Counted from the first letter of the stretch, positions 1 to 9,865 are shown. The stretch is DNA of 64,000 bases from Dehalococcoidia bacterium (GCA_042408785.1 JBHOQU010000124.1:70482-134481), one strand, 5' to 3'. The notes: generated from the sequence alone by a model not told the origin. Numbers and translations are program-made.

Positions 1-71
1 TTGTCCTCGATAACGTCCCCTTCCCCTTCAACCCACTTGCCGGCAACAAAGATCTTCGTCACTTCGCCCAA
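1..71 (-). CDS. Partial CDS, N-terminal fragment of an unidentified protein running off the window edge
   Basis: Reverse-strand reading begins with GGAGG, 7 nt, then TTG at 71..69, and continues as LGEVTKIFVAGKWVEGEGDVIEDN to position 1. Too short to assign a family. Confidence 0.25.
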   Translation of the reverse strand, partial: MGEVTKIFVAGKWVEGEGDVIED

Positions 72-179
72 CGGTTAGCCTCCTGTTCCGCCGAAATTTG
101 AGAACCGGGGCCGGGCTGTCGGAAAATTGAGATCGTGCGGCCGGTTTCAGCCCGCCCTGAAATTTTACAACCCGGGCCC

Positions 180-1139
180 ATGACCATATTCGACCGGATC
201 AGGCAGTCCTGCGCCCAGGTCGCCCAGCGGGCCCGCTTCGTTCGGGTCGCCGCCGACCGGGTCGGTTTCTATGCCCGGAGCCTGCCCATCGACCGCCTGG
301 ACAAACCCCAGCTCGACCCCCGGTATCATTACTTCGGGGAGCCGGGGGCTACCCTGGCTTACATCATCACCCTGGATACCGTGAACTTTGGGTCCGGATA
401 TTTCCCCCAGCTTCAAAAGCGGCCCGGACTTTCGGGCTATTTTACGATTGCCTCCGCCCTTAAAGACTACTTTGAGGCCCACGGCCCCCCGGATGCCCGC
501 ACCCTGGCCGAAATCACCCCCCCCGACTGCCACCGCATCTTCGGCCAGGAGCCGGACGGCGGCCCCCGCTCCGAGCTTATGGGCCTCTTCGCCCGGGCCC
601 TTAACGACCTGGGCCGCCTTCTCCTGGACCGCTTCGGCGGCGATTTTGTCCGCCTGGTCGAGGCCGCCGACCACTCGGCCGAAAGGCTCATAGCTATCCT
701 GGCCGAGATGCCCTTCTTCCGGGATGTGGCCCTTTATGACGACTTTGAAGTGGCCTTTTACAAGCGGGCCCAGCTCGCCTGCGCTGACCTCTGGCTGGCT
801 TTCCAGGGTCAGGGCTACGGCTACTTTTGGGATATCGACGGGCTGACCATTTTCGCCGATAACCTGGTGCCCCACGTCCTGCGGGTGGACGGGGTCCTCA
901 TTTACGACCCGGCCCTGGCCGAGCGGGTCGACCGGGGGGAGCTTATCCCCCCGGGCTCGGCCGAAGAGGTCGAGATCCGGGCCTGCGCTGTGCATGCCGC
1001 CGAGCTCATCGTGGCCGAACTGCGTCGGACCGGTCGGCCGGTTTCGGCCCGGGAGCTGGACTACCTGCTGTGGAACCGGGGCCAGGAGCCGAAGTATAAG
1101 GCCCTGCCCCGGCACCGCACCCGGACGGTTTTTTACTGA
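180..1139 (+). CDS. Queuosine salvage protein Qng1/QueK family (DUF2419; queuosine 5'-phosphate N-glycosylase/hydrolase)
   Basis: Collinear similarity to the Qng1/C9orf64 family as recalled from memory: TLDTVNFGS, FGGDFV...FYKRAQL...EVEIRAC, and C-terminal LDYLLWNRGQ...HRTRTVFY (compare human FHRIRCIYY). Start taken at MTIFD. Confidence 0.8.
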   Translation: MTIFDRIRQSCAQVAQRARFVRVAADRVGFYARSLPIDRLDKPQLDPRYHYFGEPGATLAYIITLDTVNFGSGYFPQLQKRPGLSGYFTIASALKDYFEAHGPPDARTLAEITPPDCHRIFGQEPDGGPRSELMGLFARALNDLGRLLLDRFGGDFVRLVEAADHSAERLIAILAEMPFFRDVALYDDFEVAFYKRAQLACADLWLAFQGQGYGYFWDIDGLTIFADNLVPHVLRVDGVLIYDPALAERVDRGELIPPGSAEEVEIRACAVHAAELIVAELRRTGRPVSARELDYLLWNRGQEPKYKALPRHRTRTVFY

Positions 1140-1140
1140 G

Positions 1141-2580
1141 ATGGTCCCGAACCGCGGCATCTACCGGGTCGGCCTTGCCCTTTACGCCGGCCTGGCCCTG
1201 GTGGCCCTGGCCTTCGGCTACTGGCAGGTTATCGCCGCCCCGGAGCTCCTTAGGCGGCCGGAAAACACCCGGCCCCTGGACCTGCTTCTCCGCAGCCCCC
1301 GGGGGGCCATCCTGGACCGGAACGGGGTAGTGCTGGCCAGGTCGGCGGCCGGGGCCGACGGGATCTACCGCCGGGAGTACCCGGTGCCGGAGGCCGCCCC
1401 GGTGGTGGGTTATTTCAACCCGAGCCTCGGGCGGGCCGGGGTGGAGGCGGCGGCCAACGATACCCTCCAGCAGGTCCGCTGGCCCCAGTGGCCCTGGTCC
1501 CTCCAGGCCGGCGTGGCCGCCCGGGACGTCCGGCTCACCGTGGATGCTAACCTTCAGACCCAGATATCCCGGCTCTTTGGGGGGCGGCCCGGTGCGGCGG
1601 TGGTCATGACCCCCGACGGCGCCGTCCTGGCCCTGGTCTCAAGCCCCACCTTCGACCCGAACCGCCTGGCGGCCGGCCAGCCCGATGAGGCCGCCCTGGG
1701 CTACCTTCGGAGGCTGCAGGCCGACAGCGAGGCCCCCCTCCTTAACCGGGCTACCCAGGGCCAGTACGCCCCAGGCTCCACCTTTAAGACGGTCACCCTG
1801 GCGGCGGCCCTGGAGCTGGGGGCAGTCAGACCCGACGAGGTCTTTGAATACCAGCTTAACCCCCGGGACGCCTCCCACCCGGTCCCCTGGCACACCAACG
1901 GCTTTGTCAGCTGCGGGAACATCTACCTGCTGGCCTCGGGCAGCCGGGTCCGGCTGGACCTGGCCCACGCCTACGCCTGGAGCTGTAACGTCACCCACGC
2001 CAACCTCGCCCTCCGCCTCGGGGCCCCGGCCCTCTTAGATTACGCCCGCCGTTTCGGCTTTGAGGCGCCGGTCCCCTTTGAACTGCCCACAACCCCAAGC
2101 CGGCTCCAGCAGCGGCCGGACTTCTTTACCGGCCCCGAAGCCCGGTACGCCCTGGCCTCGACGGGCATGGGGCAGGGGGAACTGCTGGTTACCCCCCTCC
2201 AGATGGCCCTGGTGGCGGCGGCCGTGGCCGCCGACGGCAAGGTTCCCCGGCCCCGCCTGCTGGCCGACCGGCCGGCCGAAACCTGGCGACAGGCCATCAG
2301 GCCCGACGTGGCCCACCAGCTCCGGACGTTTATGACCGTGTCGGTGGCCGAAGGGTGGGCCCGGCCGGCCGGGGTGGCGGGGGTGGCCGTGGCCGGCAAG
2401 ACCGGGACGGCTGAGGCCGTGCCGGGGCGGCCGGCCCACTCCTGGTTCATCGGCTTCGCCCCGGCCGAGAACCCCCGGGTCGTCCTGGCGCTGGTGGTGG
2501 AGGAGGGGGGATCCAGCACCCAGGTGGCCGCCCCCCTGGCCTCCCAGATTTTGCGGGCCGCCCTGGCCGCGGCGAAATGA
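1141..2580 (+). CDS. Class B penicillin-binding protein (peptidoglycan D,D-transpeptidase, FtsI/PBP2-like)
   Basis: N-terminal TM helix. Transpeptidase motifs are present: SxxK (GSTFKTV), SxN (SCN) and KTG (GKTGTA). Confidence 0.8.
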   Translation: MVPNRGIYRVGLALYAGLALVALAFGYWQVIAAPELLRRPENTRPLDLLLRSPRGAILDRNGVVLARSAAGADGIYRREYPVPEAAPVVGYFNPSLGRAGVEAAANDTLQQVRWPQWPWSLQAGVAARDVRLTVDANLQTQISRLFGGRPGAAVVMTPDGAVLALVSSPTFDPNRLAAGQPDEAALGYLRRLQADSEAPLLNRATQGQYAPGSTFKTVTLAAALELGAVRPDEVFEYQLNPRDASHPVPWHTNGFVSCGNIYLLASGSRVRLDLAHAYAWSCNVTHANLALRLGAPALLDYARRFGFEAPVPFELPTTPSRLQQRPDFFTGPEARYALASTGMGQGELLVTPLQMALVAAAVAADGKVPRPRLLADRPAETWRQAIRPDVAHQLRTFMTVSVAEGWARPAGVAGVAVAGKTGTAEAVPGRPAHSWFIGFAPAENPRVVLALVVEEGGSSTQVAAPLASQILRAALAAAK

Positions 2581-3215
2581 CTCGAGCTCCGGCCGACGTC
2601 GAACTTGCCCTTTACCGGGCCGGATTCCGGGCCGTAGCCGGGGTGGACGAGGCCGGGCGGGGGGCCCTGGCCGGCCCGGTGGTGGCGGCGGCGGTGATCC
2701 TGCCCGACCCGTGGGACTGGGCGCCCGAGTGCCCCGTTATCGACAGCAAGCTGCTGACCCTGGAAGAGCGGGAGCGGGCCTTCGGGGTAATCGCCGCCTG
2801 CGCCCGCGCCTGGGGGGTGGGGCGGGCCGAGGTGGACGAAATCGAGGAGTTCGGTATCGGCCGGGCCAGCCTGCTGGCCATGGTCAGGGCCGTGGGGGAC
2901 CTTAAGATTGCCCCGGACTGCGTCCTGGTGGACGGGCCCTGGTCGCTGGGGATCGGCCTGCCCGAGATACCCCTGGTTCAGGGGGAACAGCGGTCGGTTT
3001 CGGTGGCCGCCGCCTCCATCATCGCCAAGGTGACCCGAGACCGGCTTATGGCCTGCCTCGACCGGAAATACCCGGGCTACGGCTTCGCCCGCCACAAAGG
3101 CTACCCCACCGCCGAGCACCTGCGCCGGCTGGCCGAACTCGGCCCCTCGCCGGTCCACCGGCGCCGGTTCCGGCCGGTGGCCGACGTGCTGACCGGGGAT
3201 GTCCCGGGCGGGTGA
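2577..3215 (+). CDS. rnhB: Ribonuclease HII
   Basis: N-terminal DEAGRGALAGPVVAAAV motif typical of RNase HII. Size 212 aa. Start overlaps the PBP stop (ATGA). Confidence 0.9.
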   Translation: MTRAPADVELALYRAGFRAVAGVDEAGRGALAGPVVAAAVILPDPWDWAPECPVIDSKLLTLEERERAFGVIAACARAWGVGRAEVDEIEEFGIGRASLLAMVRAVGDLKIAPDCVLVDGPWSLGIGLPEIPLVQGEQRSVSVAAASIIAKVTRDRLMACLDRKYPGYGFARHKGYPTAEHLRRLAELGPSPVHRRRFRPVADVLTGDVPGG

Positions 3216-3579
3216 GGCCGGCCGCCGGGCGGAACGGGCGGCCCGGGACTACCTCGTAAGCCGGGGTTACACCATCCGGGAAGTGAACTTCCGGACCCGG
3301 TTCGGCGAGGTGGACATCATCGCCGAAAAGGACGACTGCGTCGTCTTCGTCGAGGTCCGGGCCCGGCGGGCCGGGGGGTTGGTGGGGGCGGCCGAATCCC
3401 TCACCGCCCGCAAGTTCCGGCGGCTGATTCAGGCGGCCCTCGAATACCGGGCCGGCCACCCGGAGCTTTCCCCGCAGGCCCGGTTCGACTTTATCGGGGT
3501 CGAGCTGGACGGGGCCGGCCGACCCCGTCGCCTGGAGCACATCGAGAACGCCCTGGAGGTCCCACCCGGCCTGCTATAA
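3199..3579 (+). CDS. yraN: YraN family (UPF0102) endonuclease
   Basis: 126 aa with AERAARDYLVSRGYTIREVNFRTRFGEVDIIAEK...VVFVEVRAR pattern. Its conserved position immediately after rnhB also supports the call. Confidence 0.8.
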   Translation: MSRAGEAGRRAERAARDYLVSRGYTIREVNFRTRFGEVDIIAEKDDCVVFVEVRARRAGGLVGAAESLTARKFRRLIQAALEYRAGHPELSPQARFDFIGVELDGAGRPRRLEHIENALEVPPGLL

Positions 3580-3621
3580 TCAGAGGGAGTGTGAACCTTA
3601 AAATCGTGGGCCGGTTAGGCT

Positions 3622-4002
3622 ATGCCGATCTACGAGTACCGCTGTAACCAGTGCCGGCGCAAATCCACCATATTCGTCCCGAGCGTATACAGCGTTTTCG
3701 AGCCGGCCTGCTCCCACTGCGGCAGCACCGACGTCCGGCGCCTCATCTCCGGCTTTGCCTTTGTGCGCTCCGAGGAGGACCGGCTGGAGCAGCTGGCCGA
3801 CCCGAGCAACTTTGCCGACCTGGATGAGAACGACCCCCGCAGCGTGGCCCGCTGGGCCCGCCGCTTCAGCAGGGAGCTTGGGGAGGACCTGGGGCCGGAA
3901 TTCGACGAGATGGTCGACCGGCTCGAGGCCGGCGAGGTGCCGGAGGAGCTGGGGGGCGAGGCGGACGAGGGCGAGGGTGGCGAAGAGGGGGACGAGCTTT
4001 AA
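3622..4002 (+). CDS. FmdB family zinc-ribbon protein (CxxC...CxxC) with acidic C-terminal tail
   Basis: MPIYEYRCNQC...CSHCGS signature of the FmdB/Zn-ribbon_8 family. Tail is Glu/Asp/Gly-rich. Confidence 0.7.
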   Translation: MPIYEYRCNQCRRKSTIFVPSVYSVFEPACSHCGSTDVRRLISGFAFVRSEEDRLEQLADPSNFADLDENDPRSVARWARRFSRELGEDLGPEFDEMVDRLEAGEVPEELGGEADEGEGGEEGDEL

Positions 4003-4004
4003 AA

Positions 4005-4376
4005 ATGCCCATCTATGAGTATCTGTGCCCGAACTGCGGCCGCAAGGTGAGCCTCTTTTACCTGTCGGTCCGGCAGGCCGAGGCCGAACCGGCCTGCCCC
4101 GAGTGCGGCGGCCGGGGCCTCAGGCGGCTCTTTTCCCGGTTCGCCGTCCACAAATCCGAGGCCGACCGGATGGCGGAACTGGGTTCGGCCATCGACCACC
4201 CCAGCGAGGAGTACTACAAGGACAGCCGCAATATCGGCCTCTGGGCCAAGAAGCGGCTTAAGGAACTGGGCGTCGAGCCCCCGCCCGGTTTTGATGAGGT
4301 CGTCGAAAAGGGCCGCTCCGGAGAGCTGCTTAAGGAGTACGAGATCCCTTGGTCGGAGCGGACCACCAACCCGTAA
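4005..4376 (+). CDS. FmdB family zinc-ribbon protein (paralog of the preceding gene)
   Basis: MPIYEYLCPNC...CPECGG. It is a tandem paralog starting 3 nt after the first copy. Confidence 0.7.
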   Translation: MPIYEYLCPNCGRKVSLFYLSVRQAEAEPACPECGGRGLRRLFSRFAVHKSEADRMAELGSAIDHPSEEYYKDSRNIGLWAKKRLKELGVEPPPGFDEVVEKGRSGELLKEYEIPWSERTTNP

Positions 4377-5032
4377 CCCGCCCGAGCCTGGAGCTTGCCC
4401 GGCAGAAGGTCCGGGGCCTTTACCTTATAGTTGACCCGCAGGCCACCCGCGGCCGGGACGTGGTTGCCGTTGCCGAGGGCGCCATCCGGGCCGGCGCCAG
4501 GGTCGTCCAGTACCGTGATAAATTAAAAATGAAGGGTGAAATGTTGCCCGAAGTCCGGCGGCTGCGGGACCTGTGCCGGGAGGCCGGTGTGCTCTTCATC
4601 GTCAACGACCACGCCGACCTGGCCCTCGTGGCCGGGGCCGACGGGGTCCACGTGGGCCAGAAGGACCTGCCCGTGGCCGAACTGCGGCGCATCCTGCCGC
4701 CGACGATGGTTATCGGGTGCTCGACGAATAACCTGGTCGAGGCCCTGAAGGCCCGGGAGGACGGGGCCGACTACGTCGGGGTTGGGTCTATTTTCCCCAC
4801 GGCCACCAAGACGGACACCCGGCCCGCCGGCCTCGACACCATCCGGCAGATCAAGGCGGCCGGCCTGGGCCTGCCGCTGGTGGCCATCGGGGGGATCAAC
4901 CCCGAAAATGTGGCCGAGGTGGTTCGGGCCGGGGCCGACGCCTTCGCGGTGGTAAGCGCCGTCTGCGCCGCCGAAGACCCGGCGGCCGCCGCGGCGGAGC
5001 TTATTGCCCGGGCCGAGGCCGCCCTGAGGTGA
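4349..5032 (+). CDS. thiE: Thiamine-phosphate synthase
   Basis: GLYLIVDP...VQYRDK...GADGVHVGQKD...IGCST...GADYVGVGSIFPTATK...GGI pattern of ThiE. The exact start is uncertain because it overlaps the FmdB-2 3' end. Confidence 0.85.
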   Translation: MVGADHQPVTRPSLELARQKVRGLYLIVDPQATRGRDVVAVAEGAIRAGARVVQYRDKLKMKGEMLPEVRRLRDLCREAGVLFIVNDHADLALVAGADGVHVGQKDLPVAELRRILPPTMVIGCSTNNLVEALKAREDGADYVGVGSIFPTATKTDTRPAGLDTIRQIKAAGLGLPLVAIGGINPENVAEVVRAGADAFAVVSAVCAAEDPAAAAAELIARAEAALR

Positions 5033-5685
5033 AGATGCTGCGGACGCCCGAGTTTTACGAGACCATCGACCGCATCCGGGAGCACCTCGATGCCAAGTAC
5101 GCCGCCCGGGAGGAGGCCCTGAAGCTGGCACGGGAGGTGGTGCGGGCGGCGGCCAACGCCGTCCGGGCGGTCCACCGGGGGGAGTTTGAGGCGGCCGAAG
5201 CCCTCTTGGCCGAGGGCCGCCAGAAGCTCCAGGCCGCCACCCAGTTGCTGGCCGAACACCCCGACATCCTCTGGGCCGGGTTCATCGGCGACGCCGCCAA
5301 GGAGCTGGTGGAGGCCCACGTGACCTTTGCCGTCATTGCCAACCGCCCCGTTCCCGGGCCCGACGAGCTTAAGGTGGAGCCTTTAAGCTACCTTCAGGGC
5401 CTGGCCGAGGCCGTCGGGGAGCTGAGACGTCACCTGCTGGACCTCATCCGCACCGGCCAGCTGGGCCGGGCCGAAGAGATCTTGGGCACGATGGACGCCA
5501 TCTACGAGGTCCTCGTCGCCCTCGACTACCCCGACGGCATGACCGGGGGCCTAAGGCGGCTCACCGACCAGGTGCGGGGCATTCTGGAGCGCAGCCGCGG
5601 CGACCTGACCCTGTCGATCCGGCAGTGGGAACTGGCCAAATACCTGGGCGCGCGGGATATAATAGCGCCGCAAGAGGGACTTTAG
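5029..5685 (+). CDS. Translin-family-like all-helical protein (tentative)
   Basis: 218 aa, predicted helical. Motifs resembling translin (E.IRE.....REE..K.AREV and SYLQGLAEAVGELRR) were recalled from memory. GTG start overlaps the thiE stop (GTGA). Confidence 0.4.
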   Translation: MKMLRTPEFYETIDRIREHLDAKYAAREEALKLAREVVRAAANAVRAVHRGEFEAAEALLAEGRQKLQAATQLLAEHPDILWAGFIGDAAKELVEAHVTFAVIANRPVPGPDELKVEPLSYLQGLAEAVGELRRHLLDLIRTGQLGRAEEILGTMDAIYEVLVALDYPDGMTGGLRRLTDQVRGILERSRGDLTLSIRQWELAKYLGARDIIAPQEGL

Positions 5686-5728
5686 TTAAAATAGTCGTGA
5701 AATTTTTCCCAATGTAAGGAGGCCGGGG

Positions 5729-7717
5729 ATGAGCCTGGCGATTTTAGGTCCCATCGGGGGGCTGGTCGGCCTGCTGTTTGCCGGCCTGACGGCTTACTGG
5801 GTTCTAAAACAGGAGACCGGTCGGCCGGAGATGGTGCGCATCTCCCGGGCGGTCCAGGTGGGGGCCACGGCTTTTCTCCTGCGGGAGTATCGCACCCTGG
5901 TGCCCTTTGCCGTCGTGGTGGCGGCCATCCTCGGCATCGTGGTCCATCCCCTTACCGCCCTCTGCTATCTGGTGGGGGCCTTCTGTTCGGCCCTGGCCGG
6001 CTTTATCGGGATGAATGTGGCCGTCCGGGCCAACGTTCGGACGGCGGCCGCCGCCGTCCGCAGTCTCAACGACGCCCTGCGGGTCGCCTTCTCCAGCGGG
6101 ACGGTTATGGGCATCACGGTGGTGGGGCTGGGGGTGCTGGGGCTTTCGGTCCTGTTCCTGGCCATCGGCGACCCGAACATTGTGGCCGGGTTCAGCTTCG
6201 GGGCCTCGTCCATTGCCCTCTTTGCCCGGGTTGGGGGCGGCATCTACACCAAGGCGGCCGATGTGGGGGCCGACCTGGTGGGCAAGGTAGAGGCCGGCAT
6301 CCCCGAAGACGACCCCCGCAACCCGGCCGTTATCGCCGATAACGTCGGCGACAACGTCGGGGACGTGGCGGGGATGGGCGCCGACCTTTTCGAGTCGTAC
6401 GTGGGGTCCATCGTGGCCGCCCTTGCCCTGGCGGCCATGACCCCCTGGGGGGAGGCTGCCTACGGCCTGCCCATCCTGCTGGCGGTGGCCGGCATCGTCG
6501 CCTCCATAATCGGCACATTCTTCGTCCGGGTGGGGGAGACGCCGGAGATGGGCCGCCTGCTCAATGCCCTGCGGGCCGGGGTCTTTGTGGCCACCGTCCT
6601 GGTGGTGCTGGCCACCCTGGGCCTGGCCCTGTGGCTTGGGGTCGGCCTCGGCCTCTTCTGGGCCACGGTGGCCGGGCTGCTGGGTGGGGTGGCCATCGGC
6701 CTGAGCACCGAGTTTTTCACCTCCTACTTCTATGGGCCCACCCGGCAGGTGGCGCAGGCGGCCCGGACGGGGCCGGCGACCGTCATCATCGGCGGGCTGG
6801 CCGTGGGGATGCTGAGCAACGTCCTGCCGATGCTCATCATGGCCGCGGCCATCTACGTGGCCTACGTTTTCGGCGGCCTTTACGGGGTGGCCCTGGCCGG
6901 GGTGGGCATGCTCTCGACCCTGGGAATTACCCTGGCCACGGATGCCTACGGCCCGGTGGCCGATAACGCCGGCGGTATCGCCGAGATGACCCACCTTCCC
7001 CCGGAGGTCCGCCAGCGGACGGACGCCCTCGACTCCCTGGGCAACACCACGGCGGCCACCGGCAAGGGGTTCGCCATCGGCTCGGCCGTGCTCACCGCCC
7101 TGGCCCTGCTGGCGGCATACTCCCAGGCGGTCCGACTGGACATTATGAACCTGCTGGACGTGCGGGTGATGATCGGGGCCCTCATCGGGGCGGGCATGCC
7201 GTATATCTTCTCGGCCTTGGCCATGTCGGCCGTGGGCCGGGCGGCCTTTGAGATCGTTAACGAGGTGCGCCGCCAGTTCAAGGAGATTCCGGGGCTTATG
7301 GCCGGGGAGGCCTCGCCCGACTACGCCCGCTGCGTGGACATCAGCACCCGGGCCGCCCTCCGGGAGATGATTCTGCCGGGCCTGCTGGCGGTGTTGGTGC
7401 CACCGGCCGTCGGGTTCGCCCTGGGGGCCGCCGCCCTGGGCGGCCTGCTGCTCGGGGCGATCCTGAGCGGCTTCCTGCTGGCCGTTACCATGGCCAATTC
7501 CGGGGCCGCCTGGGACAATGCTAAAAAATATATTGAGGCCGGCTATCTGTTAGACGAGAACGGCCAGCCCATCCGGAAGTCGACGCCGGTGCACGCCGCC
7601 GCGGTGGTGGGGGATACGGTGGGCGACCCCTTCAAGGACACCGCCGGGCCCTCCCTTAACATCTTAATAAAACTTATGAGCATCGTTTCCCTGGTCCTGG
7701 CACCGCTTTTTATTTAA
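5729..7717 (+). CDS. hppA: Membrane-integral H+/Na+-translocating pyrophosphatase, K+-dependent type (GNTTAA motif)
   Basis: 662 aa polytopic protein. Canonical PPase motifs [19 protein letters not shown] and DNVGDNVGD. Carries the GNTTAA variant (Ala) that marks K+-dependent enzymes. AAGGAGG RBS upstream. Confidence 0.9.
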   Translation: MSLAILGPIGGLVGLLFAGLTAYWVLKQETGRPEMVRISRAVQVGATAFLLREYRTLVPFAVVVAAILGIVVHPLTALCYLVGAFCSALAGFIGMNVAVRANVRTAAAAVRSLNDALRVAFSSGTVMGITVVGLGVLGLSVLFLAIGDPNIVAGFSFGASSIALFARVGGGIYTKAADVGADLVGKVEAGIPEDDPRNPAVIADNVGDNVGDVAGMGADLFESYVGSIVAALALAAMTPWGEAAYGLPILLAVAGIVASIIGTFFVRVGETPEMGRLLNALRAGVFVATVLVVLATLGLALWLGVGLGLFWATVAGLLGGVAIGLSTEFFTSYFYGPTRQVAQAARTGPATVIIGGLAVGMLSNVLPMLIMAAAIYVAYVFGGLYGVALAGVGMLSTLGITLATDAYGPVADNAGGIAEMTHLPPEVRQRTDALDSLGNTTAATGKGFAIGSAVLTALALLAAYSQAVRLDIMNLLDVRVMIGALIGAGMPYIFSALAMSAVGRAAFEIVNEVRRQFKEIPGLMAGEASPDYARCVDISTRAALREMILPGLLAVLVPPAVGFALGAAALGGLLLGAILSGFLLAVTMANSGAAWDNAKKYIEAGYLLDENGQPIRKSTPVHAAAVVGDTVGDPFKDTAGPSLNILIKLMSIVSLVLAPLFI

Positions 7718-7767
7718 AAACCCTTGAGCTACCCCTCCGGGTAGCCGTAGTAAGGAGGCACGCCAGC

Positions 7768-9858
7768 ATGGAGCTAGTGTGGGTAGTACCGGCTTCGGGC
7801 CTTTTAACCCTTTTACTGGTGGCCTACCTCGCCTGGGACGTCCTCAGGCGGGACACGGGCACACCGGACATGAAGGCCGTTGCCGACATGATCTACGAGG
7901 GGGCCGTGGCCTTCCTCAACCGCCAGTACCGGACGATCCTGCTGCTGGCGGTGGTTACGGCCGTCATCGTTGGGGCCGTCATCGGCTACTTCGACCGGAG
8001 CTTCGAGCTCGGGTGGCGGACCGCCGTGGCCTTCCTGGTCGGGGCCTTCTCCTCGGCCGTCTCCGGCTTCGTCGGGATGTACGTGGCGGTCCGGTCCAAT
8101 ATCCGGACGGCCAGCGCTGCCCTGCGCAACCTTAACGAGGCCATAAACGTGGCCCTGCGGGGCGGGGCGGTTTCGGGGTTCTTGGTGGTGGGCCTCAGCC
8201 TGATCGGGGTTGCGGTTATCTTTGCCCTCTACGGGGCGATGTTCGGGTCGGAGGGGATGCGCCAGGCCCCCTTCTTGATCGTGGGCTACGGCTTTGGGGC
8301 CAGCTTTGTGGCCCTCTTCGCCCAGCTGGGGGGCGGCATCTACACCAAGGCGGCCGATGTGGGGGCCGACCTGGTGGGCAAGGTGGAGGCCGGCATCCCC
8401 GAAGACGACCCCCGGAACGCGGCGGTTATTGCCGACCTGGTTGGGGATAACGTGGGCGACTGTGCCGGCCGCGGGGCCGACCTCTTCGAGTCCACGGCCG
8501 CCGAAAACATCGGCGCCATGATCCTGGGGGTTGCCGTGGCCCGGGCGACCGGCAACGACGCCTGGATCTTATTCCCCCTGGTGGTCCGGGCCTTCGGTCT
8601 GCTGGCCTCGGCGGCGGGCCTCTTTTTCGTCCGGGGCCGGGAGGGTGAGGACCCGATGCGGGCGCTGGACCGGGGGTACTACGTCGCCCTGGTCCTCTCG
8701 GCCGTCTTCCTGTTCGTAACGACCCGGTTGATGCTGGGCGACGCCTGGATGTGGTTCTTCTTTGCCGGCCTCACGGGCCTCCTGACCAGCATCGCCTTTG
8801 TCTACATTACCCAGTACTACACCTCGGGCACCTGGCGGCCGGTTAAGGAGATCGCCGACGCCGCCCGCACCGGCCCGGCGACGACGATAATCGTGGGTAT
8901 GGCCGTCGCCTTCGAGACGACGGCCAGCACCGCCCTGGTGGTGGGTGCCGCCCTGCTGGCGGCCCACTGGTTCGGCACCATGTCCGGCCTGCCCCACGGC
9001 GGCCTCTTCGGCACGGCGGTGGCCACTATGGGCATGCTGATGACCGCCGCCTACATCCTGGCCATGGATACCTTCGGGCCCATCACCGACAACGCGGCCG
9101 GCATCTGCGAGATGTCCCACGCCCCGGCCTCGGCCCGGCGCATCCTGGACGCCCTGGATGCGGTGGGCAATACGACCAAGGCCCTGACCAAGGGCTACGC
9201 CATCGGTTCGGCGGCCCTGGCGGCGTTCCTGCTGTTCAGTGCCTACCTGGACCGCCTGGCCGAGCTGGGGCGGCCCCTCCAGGCCGTGGACCTTTCCAAG
9301 GTTGAGGTCTTCGTCGGGGCCCTGCTCGGGTCGATGCTCGTCTACCTGTTCAGCTCCCTGGCCATCCGGGCGGTGGGTCACGCCGCCTCCGCCATCATCG
9401 AGGAGGTCCGCCGCCAGTTCAAGGCCGACCCTGGCATCCTGGCCGGAACCTCCCGGCCGGACTTTGCCCGGTGCGTGGATATAACGACCCGGGCAGCCCT
9501 GCGGGAGATGGTGGCCCCCGGGCTTCTGGCGGTGGGCATGCCGGTGGCCGTCGGGATTCTCCTCAAGGCTGAGGCAACGGCCGGCCTGCTGATGGTGGGG
9601 ACCATTGCCGGCATCCTGCTGGCCACGGTCCTCAATAACGGCGGCGGGGCCTGGGATAACGCCAAAAAGTACATTGAGGCCGGTTACCTGCTGGACGAGA
9701 ACGGCCAGCCCATCAAGAAGGGCACCCCCATCCACGCCGCCGCGGTGGTGGGGGACACGGTGGGCGACCCCTTCAAGGACACCGCCGGACCATCCCTGCA
9801 CGTCCTGGTCAAACTGCTGGCCACCGTCACCCTGGTGATGTCGCCCCTCTTTCTGTGA
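7768..9858 (+). CDS. hppA: Membrane-integral H+-translocating pyrophosphatase, K+-independent type (GNTTKA motif)
   Basis: 696 aa paralog with the same PPase motifs. Has GNTTKA (Lys) characteristic of K+-independent H+-PPases. AAGGAGG RBS upstream. Confidence 0.9.
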   Translation: MELVWVVPASGLLTLLLVAYLAWDVLRRDTGTPDMKAVADMIYEGAVAFLNRQYRTILLLAVVTAVIVGAVIGYFDRSFELGWRTAVAFLVGAFSSAVSGFVGMYVAVRSNIRTASAALRNLNEAINVALRGGAVSGFLVVGLSLIGVAVIFALYGAMFGSEGMRQAPFLIVGYGFGASFVALFAQLGGGIYTKAADVGADLVGKVEAGIPEDDPRNAAVIADLVGDNVGDCAGRGADLFESTAAENIGAMILGVAVARATGNDAWILFPLVVRAFGLLASAAGLFFVRGREGEDPMRALDRGYYVALVLSAVFLFVTTRLMLGDAWMWFFFAGLTGLLTSIAFVYITQYYTSGTWRPVKEIADAARTGPATTIIVGMAVAFETTASTALVVGAALLAAHWFGTMSGLPHGGLFGTAVATMGMLMTAAYILAMDTFGPITDNAAGICEMSHAPASARRILDALDAVGNTTKALTKGYAIGSAALAAFLLFSAYLDRLAELGRPLQAVDLSKVEVFVGALLGSMLVYLFSSLAIRAVGHAASAIIEEVRRQFKADPGILAGTSRPDFARCVDITTRAALREMVAPGLLAVGMPVAVGILLKAEATAGLLMVGTIAGILLATVLNNGGGAWDNAKKYIEAGYLLDENGQPIKKGTPIHAAAVVGDTVGDPFKDTAGPSLHVLVKLLATVTLVMSPLFL

Positions 9859-9865
9859 GAAGTCG

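Noticed and set aside
165-1160. Long minus-strand ORF (331 aa) antisense to the Qng1 gene. The same pattern occurs at 5804..6994, 8569..9801, 10153..12777, 20239..21264(+), 25923..26909(+), 27886..28992, 33368..34474, 34670..35785, 35834..37060, 39432..40730(+), 45132..46379, 46027..47133(+), 48299..49855(+), 51054..52454(+), 52503..53750(+), 54293..55396, 55602..57893, 59037..60452 and 63016..63960.
   Set aside because: G/P/R/A/H-rich low-complexity translations with no motifs. They are typical stop-codon-poor antisense frames of a ~70% GC genome, and each lies opposite a gene with clear family signatures.
4300-4400. Possible TPP riboswitch upstream of thiE
   Set aside because: thiE overlaps the preceding FmdB-family gene, so there is no untranslated leader. 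No THI-box-like CTGAGA motif was seen.
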